Below, piece by piece: positions 35,771 to 43,012 of a stretch of 64,000 nt of DNA. This stretch comes from Mesotoga sp. UBA6090 (GTDB lineage: Bacteria > Thermotogota > Thermotogae > Petrotogales > Kosmotogaceae). The position numbers and the translations under genes were made by a program. How positions within the stretch are numbered: position 1 is the stretch's first letter; every line of letters starts with the position of its first letter. The notes beneath the pieces were generated by a model that had not been told where the DNA came from, did not search any database, and saw only the letters and a program-made list of their open reading frames with translations. The stretch lies in contig NZ_DIXC01000057.1 of NCBI RefSeq assembly GCF_002435945.1, forward strand, positions 1,141 through 65,140, given 5' to 3'.

Positions 35771-36744
35771 GCACAATCCTAGAAGTCAAGAATCTAAAGA
35801 CGTATTTCAGAACTCCGGATGGTCTGGTCAAGGCCGTAGACGACATCAGTTTCAACCTTGAAAAGGGAGAGATTCTAGCTCTGGTCGGAGAGTCAGGCTG
35901 TGGAAAGAGCGTGACCGTACAGACTATACTTGGTCTTATCAAGGTTCCTCCCGCAAAGGTTGAAGGAGAGATCTTCTACAAGGATAAGAATCTAGTTGGA
36001 CTTCCAAACAGTGCATACAGAGACATCAGGGGCAGAGAAATCAGCATGATATTCCAGGAACCGATGTCGACTTTCGATCCTCTCTTCACCATAGGATACC
36101 AACTGACAGAAGTGGCAAGAGCTCACATGCCATGGAACGAAGGCAGAACATATGAGGAGATTATTTCGATTCTACGCAGAGTCAACATTCCTGAACCCGA
36201 GAAGAGATACAAGGAGTATCCCCACGAAATGAGCGGCGGCATGCTACAGAGAATAATGATTGCGATGGCCCTAATAACAAATCCAGAGATAATCATCGCC
36301 GACGAACCAACCACCGCACTGGATGTCACAATACAGGCACAGGTTCTAAACATTATGCGAGAGCTCCAGGGCGAATTCGGCAGTTCGATAATCTTCATCA
36401 CCCATGATCTCGGGGTAGTTGCCGAACTGGCCGACAGGGTTCACGTCATGTACGCCGGAAAGATCGTCGAGAAGGCAGGGGTGAATGAGCTTTATTCATC
36501 CCCCTCTCATCCTTACACAAAGGGCTTGCTGAACTCCAGAGTGATGAGATCCTTCAAGGGAAAGAAACTGCCTTACATCGAAGGATACGTTCCCAGGGCA
36601 TATGAGTTTCCAGAGGGCTGTCGATTCAATCCGAGATGCCCTCACTCGATGGAGATCTGCCGAGAGAAAGATCCGCCCGAATTCTATGTTGGTGACGGCC
36701 ACACTGCTGCCTGCTGGCTTTTCGAGGAGGGATCTGAAAAATGA
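35767..36744 (+). CDS. Opp/Dpp-type ABC ATPase (OppD-like)
   Basis: Walker A GESGCGKS, signature MSGGMLQR, Walker B IIIADEPTTALD, and a C-terminal oligopeptide-type domain with CRFNPRCP. Confidence 0.9.
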   Translation: MSTILEVKNLKTYFRTPDGLVKAVDDISFNLEKGEILALVGESGCGKSVTVQTILGLIKVPPAKVEGEIFYKDKNLVGLPNSAYRDIRGREISMIFQEPMSTFDPLFTIGYQLTEVARAHMPWNEGRTYEEIISILRRVNIPEPEKRYKEYPHEMSGGMLQRIMIAMALITNPEIIIADEPTTALDVTIQAQVLNIMRELQGEFGSSIIFITHDLGVVAELADRVHVMYAGKIVEKAGVNELYSSPSHPYTKGLLNSRVMRSFKGKKLPYIEGYVPRAYEFPEGCRFNPRCPHSMEICREKDPPEFYVGDGHTAACWLFEEGSEK

Positions 36745-37754
36745 AGATACTTTCTACCGAAGGACTTAAGAAGTTCTTTCCGATAAAGGCCGGCGTCTTC
36801 CTCCAGGTTGTCGGCCATGTAAGGGCAATGCAGTCGGTTACCCTTGAGATAAACAGGGGAGAGACAATCGGAGTAGTTGGGGAGTCCGGCTGCGGAAAGA
36901 GCACTCTGGGCAGGACGATAGTGAAGATCTACGAGCCGACCGGCGGGAAGATAGTCTACCATGACGAAAACGGAGAAGAACACGACATAACAAAAGGATT
37001 TGGAAAGAACGTGCGCTCGAAGTTTCGACGAGATGTTCAGATGATCTTTCAGAATCCCTTCGATTCTCTTAACCCCAGAATGACGGTAAGGGATATTATA
37101 AGGGAACCGATCGAGGCACACAACCTCTTATCCAAGAATGAAGCAGAGGATTATGTGGGAGAGCTTCTGATGAAAGTGGGCCTCTATCCCGAATACGCCC
37201 AGCGTTACCCTCACGAGTTTTCCGGGGGACAGAGGCAGAGGATCGCGATAGCCCGTTCGATCTCGGTTGGACCGAGGTTGATTATTTGCGATGAACCCAC
37301 CTCTGCCCTCGACGTTTCCGTTCAGAGTCAGATAATAAACCTGTTGCAGGAGTTGAGGGACGAAAGCGAGATGTCCTACATCTTTATCTCACACAACCTA
37401 GACGTCGTGCACCACATGAGCGACAGAATAATGGTGATGTATCTGGGGAACGTCGTGGAGACTGCCGAAGCAACGGAGCTTTTCAATAACCCCGCTCACC
37501 CTTACACAAAGGCACTTATGGCTTCGATTCCAAATTGGGATCCCGAGAACCGGAAACTTCAGAACATCAGACTGGAAGGGGAACCCCCTAGCCCGATAAA
37601 TCCACCGTCTGGATGCCCGTTTCACCCTAGATGCCCCTACAAAATGGACATCTGCAGTAAAGAAATGCCCGGCAACTTCGAGGTGGCTGAGGGCCATACA
37701 GTCGCCTGCTGGCTGCATAAAACCGAGGTCAAAGGACAGGGGGGAGAGGTTTGA
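36741..37754 (+). CDS. Opp/Dpp-type ABC ATPase (OppF-like)
   Basis: Walker A GESGCGKST, signature FSGGQRQR, Walker B LIICDEPTSALD, and C-terminal CPFHPRCP. Confidence 0.9.
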   Translation: MKILSTEGLKKFFPIKAGVFLQVVGHVRAMQSVTLEINRGETIGVVGESGCGKSTLGRTIVKIYEPTGGKIVYHDENGEEHDITKGFGKNVRSKFRRDVQMIFQNPFDSLNPRMTVRDIIREPIEAHNLLSKNEAEDYVGELLMKVGLYPEYAQRYPHEFSGGQRQRIAIARSISVGPRLIICDEPTSALDVSVQSQIINLLQELRDESEMSYIFISHNLDVVHHMSDRIMVMYLGNVVETAEATELFNNPAHPYTKALMASIPNWDPENRKLQNIRLEGEPPSPINPPSGCPFHPRCPYKMDICSKEMPGNFEVAEGHTVACWLHKTEVKGQGGEV

Positions 37755-38428
37755 AGAGCAGAAAATTAGTTGCAAGATGCAAGTTCCAAGTTCTGAGTTG
37801 TAAGAAGAACAAGAGACCGAGAAGAAGGCGAATCTGATCAGAACGAACTTATTTTGTCATCCTCGTGCTCCTGTTCAGGATCTGGGTTTTCGAGAAACAG
37901 TGGTTCGGGGTAGCGGGTTCGTTGTAGGAAGAGCAAGAGAAACTGGTTCGCCGTTGAACGGTTCTCCGTTCGCCGATAAGAGCCGCTTGCCGCTCGCTAA
38001 GAGACGCTGAACGCAGGGCAAAACAGTTCCAAGTGCCATGTTGCAAGTTGCAAGACTGTGAGGAACCGTCCTTGGTTGCCCGTCCAAGAAAAAGAATTTG
38101 TTCTTCGTTCCAGAGCGAGGATCTGTTCTTCGTTCTTGGTCAAGGCATTTATTCAGGGAGTAGAGAGAAGGGAAAAACAAAGAGGACAGGTAAGGATCTG
38201 GGATCTTGAAAAGCTCTTTGATCCCCTCTCGAGAGTGGTGGCGACGGCTCATTCGTCGACGGGGTGTGTGTGTACGTCAAGAACGGACCTCATGTTCAGA
38301 ACGAGGTATCTGACGTTTCTTTACTCTAGGGCTTGCAACTTGGAACAGGCAACTTGCAACTGTTCTTCGAAGGACGGGTTCATGATCTGGGACAAAGGAC
38401 CAAGGACGGCTCTGGATCCAGCATGACG
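37754..38428 (+). repeat. modular intergenic repeat, locus B (L-array, M1, M1b, internal array, M2, R-array, M3)
   Basis: It starts at the last base of the oppF-like TGA stop. Heptad arrays lie at 37768-37802, 38025-38052 and 38334-38361. There are long near-identical stretches with loci A, C and D. Confidence 0.85.
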
Positions 38429-38509
38429 AAATGTGTAGGTCCTCAGAAGGATCTTTGTTTTCTGACCTCTTTCCTCACACCTCTGACATCTGAGGTTTTT
38501 TGTGATCTC

Positions 38510-38538
38510 AAAGAAAAAGGCCCGCCGTTCGGCAGGCC
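38510..38538 (-). terminator. rho-independent terminator of the pentose/polyol operon
   Basis: Minus strand reads GGCCTGCC-GAAC-GGCGGGCC (one mismatch) followed by TTTTTCTTT, 14 nt after the stop at 38552. Confidence 0.6.
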
Positions 38539-38551
38539 TTTGCATTAATTC

Positions 38552-39580
38552 TCAATCTAGCATTACGGCTTTGATTACTTTGTCTTTCTCATTCTCTGCC
38601 TTGACCATCATCTCGCCGATATCTTCCAGTTTGAAGGTATCGGTAATCAGAGGTTTCACATTTACTGCTCCGCTCTTTATCATTTCTACGCATCTTGGGA
38701 AGTAAAGAGCCGGAACTGCATGTGAGGCTCTAAGCTGAAGCTTGTTGAAGTGGAACTTGTTGGCATCGAACTTTATGAACCGTCCCTCACCGTAATCAAT
38801 TCCGATGAAGCCGACGACTCCTCCAAAATTCATGACGTCGAGAACTTCGGGAATTACATACGGCGGTGCGGTGACGAGAGCTTTATTCACGCCGCCCTTG
38901 GGGAATTTGTAGGAGCCGATCGGGGTCTTGTCGACCAGTATGACATCCTCCACTCCGAAGCTCTTTGCGACATCTATTCTTATCTTAGATCTTGAATGGT
39001 TGGCGACAAAGACTCTTCTTGCTCCCATGGCCTTGACTATCTGAACGGCCATGAGACCGATCGGGCCTAGACCAACGACGAGCACGTCGTCGTTCAGCTT
39101 GGGGTCGACCGTGTATGTGAGGTCAAGCGCAACTCCCATTGGCTCGACGAGAGAGGCTTCTTCGTATGGGACTCCTTCGAATGGCACCGCATTCTGTTTA
39201 TCGATTATTACCTTCTCGGCAAAGCCCATCGTGAGATTCTCTTTCTCGGCCCTTATGAAGACGTTGGGTGCTCTGTCATGGCAGAGATCCACTCGCCCGT
39301 TTCTGCAGTCCTCACAAGTCCCGCAAAAGGAGCCGCTTTCTACCAGCACGCTCTGTCCGACCTTGACATTTTCAACATTTGAACCGACCTCTTCCGCAAT
39401 GCCGACTATCTCGTGGCCGAAAGTCTGCCAATCCTTGGCTTCAGTTCTTGCTGTGTGAAGATCTGTTCCGCAGATTCCCGAGGCCTTTATCTTCAGCAGT
39501 ACATCATTCGGTTTCAGAGGGGGAAGATCTACGTCCCGGACCTCGAATTTGAACGGCGATTTTACAAACGCGGCTTTCAC
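38552..39580 (-). CDS. zinc-dependent MDR alcohol/polyol dehydrogenase (sorbitol/threonine dehydrogenase-like)
   Basis: I prefer GTG 39580 (GGGGG RBS). Motifs are GICGTDLH, GHEIVG, the structural-Zn cluster CGTCEDCRNG..DLC, and VVGLGPIG. Confidence 0.8.
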   Translation of the reverse strand: MKAAFVKSPFKFEVRDVDLPPLKPNDVLLKIKASGICGTDLHTARTEAKDWQTFGHEIVGIAEEVGSNVENVKVGQSVLVESGSFCGTCEDCRNGRVDLCHDRAPNVFIRAEKENLTMGFAEKVIIDKQNAVPFEGVPYEEASLVEPMGVALDLTYTVDPKLNDDVLVVGLGPIGLMAVQIVKAMGARRVFVANHSRSKIRIDVAKSFGVEDVILVDKTPIGSYKFPKGGVNKALVTAPPYVIPEVLDVMNFGGVVGFIGIDYGEGRFIKFDANKFHFNKLQLRASHAVPALYFPRCVEMIKSGAVNVKPLITDTFKLEDIGEMMVKAENEKDKVIKAVMLD

Positions 39581-39591
39581 ATAGACACCCC

Positions 39592-40578
39592 CTACAGCTC
39601 TAGATTTGAACCGGAGACTATCTCTTCTATCCTTTCGTATAGTCCGTCGTCCATATCCCATTCGACGGCGCCGAGATTCTGCTCTATCTGTTCGACCTTC
39701 TGAGCGCCCGCAATAACCGATGTCACTGCTTCATTTCTGATAAGCCAGTTGATGGCTATGTGACTCAGAGGCTTCCCTATCTCATGCGCCAGCCTGTTCA
39801 GTTCCACGACGACCTCGTAGTATTTCTTGAACTCAGGTGAATTTAGCTTCGGATTTGCTGCCCGCACGTCGTGTTCGCTGAACTTCTTCTTGTCGCTTAT
39901 CGCTCCAGCCAGGAGTCCCTGGAAGAGCGGGCTATATGGCAGAAAGGCCATTCCATTCTCCAGAACGAAGGGAAGGACTTCCTCTTCAACCCTGTAATCG
40001 AGCGGAATATTATGGTAGCTCTTTGGGTTCCTTTCGAGCATGTTGTAGAGACCCTGCATGCTGCTGACCTCTCCCACTTTCATAGCTCTCTTAGCCTCAG
40101 CGATGGAGAAATTAGAAAGACCTATGTATCTTATCTTTCCTTCCTTCTTCAGCTGAACCATGGTCTCCATTGTCTCTTCGATCTCGACTTCGGGATCTGG
40201 CCAGTGAAGCTGATAAAGATCCACGTGATCAGTTCCAAGTCTTCTGAGACTATCCTCTATCTCTTTGCGGATGCTCTCCGGCTTCAGGCAGTTTCTCGTT
40301 CTTCCCTGATCATCCCAGAGAAGGCCACACTTTGTTGCGACAAAGATCTTATCCCTCGAGCCTTTCATTGCCTTTCCAAGTACCTCCTCAGCGTGTCCCA
40401 AACCGTACACGGGCGCCACATCGAAAACGTTTATGCCACCGCTAATTGCCCTCTGGATTGTTTTGATCGAATCTTCGTCGGTCGTTCCATCCCAGAAAGA
40501 GGGGCCGGATACTCCCCAGCAACCGTAACCGAGTGCCGATAGCTTCTCTTCTATCTTTTTCACTTTTTTGTACTTCAA
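39592..40578 (-). CDS. aldo/keto reductase
   Basis: 328 aa with LGYGCWG, FDVAPVYG, ATKCG, LYQLHWPD and IRYIGLSNF motifs. Confidence 0.85.
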   Translation of the reverse strand: MKYKKVKKIEEKLSALGYGCWGVSGPSFWDGTTDEDSIKTIQRAISGGINVFDVAPVYGLGHAEEVLGKAMKGSRDKIFVATKCGLLWDDQGRTRNCLKPESIRKEIEDSLRRLGTDHVDLYQLHWPDPEVEIEETMETMVQLKKEGKIRYIGLSNFSIAEAKRAMKVGEVSSMQGLYNMLERNPKSYHNIPLDYRVEEEVLPFVLENGMAFLPYSPLFQGLLAGAISDKKKFSEHDVRAANPKLNSPEFKKYYEVVVELNRLAHEIGKPLSHIAINWLIRNEAVTSVIAGAQKVEQIEQNLGAVEWDMDDGLYERIEEIVSGSNLEL

Positions 40579-40592
40579 TTGTCTCGCCTCCC

Positions 40593-41153
40593 TTATTCGA
40601 GATTTGCGTGGTTCTTGAACATCATTTCCGAATCTATGCTCAATTTCCCCATTAAGTTCATCACAATGATATCCGTTAGAATCAACAGTGATTGTTCGAA
40701 TAGATTCCCCATCGGTTGAACCGAAGAGACGCCCGTCCTGTCTGGCACTTTCGGCGTCTTCGTGGGGATCGTAATAACCACATCGCTGAATCCCGCCACT
40801 GTAGATTCCTTGCTGGCAGTTATAGAAGCTATTCCGGCTCCAAGTTTTCGGGCCTTCTCGCTGTTAAGAACCACAGAAGGAGTCTCCCCCGAAGCGGATC
40901 CAACGATTAAGAGGTCTCCCTCTCCCAAAGAGGGGCTGGTTACTTCTCCAACAACATGGACCTTCAATCCCAGATGCATAAGCCTCATCGCGAAGGCCTT
41001 GATCGCCAGGCCAGACCTGCCCATCGCAAAGAGAAAAACTCTTCTTGCCTTTAGAATTCTCTCGGAGAGCTCTTCGATCGATTCATCCGTAACTCCGGAC
41101 AGGACGGATCTAATCTCGTCAATAACAACATCAAGCGTACTTTCGAATTTCAT
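40593..41153 (-). CDS. SIS-domain 6-phospho-3-hexuloisomerase-like protein
   Basis: I prefer ATG 41153, which overlaps the upstream stop as ATGA. The Arg-rich N-terminal 85 aa in the track is an out-of-frame overlap with the upstream gene. Motifs are FLFAMGRSG and LLIVGSASGET. Confidence 0.7.
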   Translation of the reverse strand: MKFESTLDVVIDEIRSVLSGVTDESIEELSERILKARRVFLFAMGRSGLAIKAFAMRLMHLGLKVHVVGEVTSPSLGEGDLLIVGSASGETPSVVLNSEKARKLGAGIASITASKESTVAGFSDVVITIPTKTPKVPDRTGVSSVQPMGNLFEQSLLILTDIIVMNLMGKLSIDSEMMFKNHANLE

Positions 41154-41806
41154 GAGCCCTTCTCCAGTCGCTTCTTTATCTCCGATGCCACTCTTGCAGG
41201 ATCGGCTGCTTCCCATATCGATCTTCCGGCAATCACTACGTCGGGCTTCAAGGGGAAGACATGGGAGAGATTGTCGGGAGATATTCCGCCAGCAACGGCG
41301 ATCTTTGCCTCTGGAAGGACCCTCCGGATAATTTCGATCTTTTTCGCGTATTCGAGAAGGTGCATGCTCTCTCCCACACCGCTCAGATCGGCAGAGGTGT
41401 GGATGCATACGTAATCCGGTGATAGCGGAGAGACCTTTTCGGCAAAGGATTGGAGATCAGAAATCTCTATAGTGTCCAACATTAGCTCTCCGCCAAACTG
41501 GTCGGCAGCTTTTCTGACTTCCGAAATCGTTTTGAAAGAAGCGAATCCAAGAACCGTCACGATATCAGCCCCGTTTTCAAAAGCCATCGTCGCTTCGAGA
41601 TAACCTCCATCTACAATCTTCATATCTGCGAGAATCTCATGATTGGGAAGGATCTCGCTTATCTCTCTTACCAGAGCCGCACCGTGAGCAAGAACGGCAG
41701 GCGTACCGACTTCGAGAATGTCTATATAATCCGCGACTTCTTTGGCGGTCTTTAGAAAGCTGGCCTTTATGTGAGTGTCGTTTGCAAGTTGTAAACGGAT
41801 CATCAA
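41150..41806 (-). CDS. OMP-decarboxylase-fold 3-hexulose-6-phosphate synthase / 3-keto-L-gulonate-6-P decarboxylase family protein
   Basis: 218 aa with LQLAND..., ILEVGTP, ADMKIVDGG and VAGGI motifs. HPS and UlaD/SgbH cannot be told apart by eye. Confidence 0.65.
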   Translation of the reverse strand: MMIRLQLANDTHIKASFLKTAKEVADYIDILEVGTPAVLAHGAALVREISEILPNHEILADMKIVDGGYLEATMAFENGADIVTVLGFASFKTISEVRKAADQFGGELMLDTIEISDLQSFAEKVSPLSPDYVCIHTSADLSGVGESMHLLEYAKKIEIIRRVLPEAKIAVAGGISPDNLSHVFPLKPDVVIAGRSIWEAADPARVASEIKKRLEKGS

Positions 41807-42204
41807 TAGGTTACCCCGCCAACGAGAATGATACTGGAGTATGGAATCTGCTCGCCGGTTCTGATTACTCCTTTAGACTGAGTGTTGGTGAGTTCCTTGA
41901 ACCTGACATGGGGAACGAATTCCACTTCTATGCCTTCGAGCAGGTGCTTCAAAGTATCTTCTAGGCATTTTGGACTAACGGTCTTCATCTCTTCAGAGAA
42001 GATTACCTTTTCAACTTCAAGCTCTTCCAGCACGGGATCTAGAACATCGAAGACCCCTGGCTTTCCGCCTACAATACTGACATCTATCCTGTATCTGTCT
42101 GAGGCAATAGGAAGTCCGGAGTCAGATATTACCAGTAAGTCTGTGTGGCCCATCGAACCTATAAGATTGCATATCTCTTTATTCAGAATTCCGCTTTTCT
42201 TCAT
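41803..42204 (-). CDS. RbsD/FucU family sugar pyranase/mutarotase
   Basis: I prefer ATG 42204. The product reads MKKSGILNKEICNLIGSMGHTDLLVISDSGLPI, the typical RbsD N-terminus. Confidence 0.75.
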   Translation of the reverse strand: MKKSGILNKEICNLIGSMGHTDLLVISDSGLPIASDRYRIDVSIVGGKPGVFDVLDPVLEELEVEKVIFSEEMKTVSPKCLEDTLKHLLEGIEVEFVPHVRFKELTNTQSKGVIRTGEQIPYSSIILVGGVTY

Positions 42205-42218
42205 AATTATCGCTCCCT

Positions 42219-42968
42219 TCAAATCTTTGTAGTCAAATGTATCCGGAATTTGTAGTGGGTTGCTTCGTACCAGCACTGCACCAGCTCAACATGCTCACCC
42301 AGGGCAGTGCAGCCTACTCTTTCGTAATATAGGATCGGCGCTCCCTCTTCTATCTTCAGAAGCTTTGCTATTCTTCCCTCGGCGAGCCGTCCCTCTATGA
42401 TCGCGTCTCCCTCGACGACGGCAGTTCCCTTATTTCCCATCAGTTCATAAAGAGAACCCTCAAAGTTCTCTTCTCCAGTAAGGTTTGATCTAGACGTGAG
42501 AAATGATATGAAGAGAGCAAGAGGAAAGTAAGACTCATTTCCCCTCAGTCTCGTAACCTGAAGCAACTCTTCGTCTTCCGAGACGTGGAGAATTCTCGCC
42601 ATGTCCGGACCTGCCTTGACTTTCTTTACCTCAACAACCTTAGTTATCGGCACATGGCTCTCGAGCCTCATCTGTTCAGTGAAGCTTCGGATAGTTGTAA
42701 GCTGCTCCTGAGAAGCGTTGTTCGTTACGATAGTTCCTCTTCCCCGAGACCTGGAGATCTGTCCGCTGCTTTCCAGGGCCTGCAAGGCTCTCCTCACGGT
42801 CGCCCTGCTGACGTCAAACGCTTTCATCATAGCTTCTTCCGTTGGAAGTTTTCTACCAACGGCGCCCGGTTCCTTCATATAATCCGAGATTATTCTACAA
42901 ATCTGGTAGTAGAGAGGAACCGGACTCGCTCTATCAAGGGCTATTCTTCTGTCTGCATTAAAAAGCAT
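42219..42968 (-). CDS. GntR/HutC family transcriptional regulator (UTRA domain)
   Basis: PLYYQICRIISDYM...FDVSRATVRRALQALE (wHTH) plus a UTRA-like C-terminal half. The start is uncertain: either the track TTG at 43007 or ATG at 42968. Confidence 0.8.
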   Translation of the reverse strand: MLFNADRRIALDRASPVPLYYQICRIISDYMKEPGAVGRKLPTEEAMMKAFDVSRATVRRALQALESSGQISRSRGRGTIVTNNASQEQLTTIRSFTEQMRLESHVPITKVVEVKKVKAGPDMARILHVSEDEELLQVTRLRGNESYFPLALFISFLTSRSNLTGEENFEGSLYELMGNKGTAVVEGDAIIEGRLAEGRIAKLLKIEEGAPILYYERVGCTALGEHVELVQCWYEATHYKFRIHLTTKI

Positions 42969-43012
42969 TATGAAATCACATCCTTCTTCGCGGTACTCGA
43001 GAGGCAAATAGG

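Noticed and set aside
38441-38503. A possible terminator for the oppF-like operon: CCTCAGA...TCTGAGG followed by TTTTTT.
   Set aside because: The local stem next to the T-run is only 4-5 bp, and the 7-bp pairing spans a 41-nt loop. It lies about 700 nt past the stop codon, beyond the repeat element. It is too weak to call. Term-seq would settle where this operon ends.
41154-41408. 85-aa N-terminal extension of the PHI-like ORF in the track. Similar upstream extensions exist for the ORFs ending at 8109, 16607, 17610, 18481, 39661, 42276, 50280 and 52246, and for the one beginning at 30619.
   Set aside because: The extensions overlap the upstream gene out of frame or lack an RBS. In each case an internal ATG, GTG or TTG preceded by a GGAGG-like RBS gives a protein with a canonical N-terminus.
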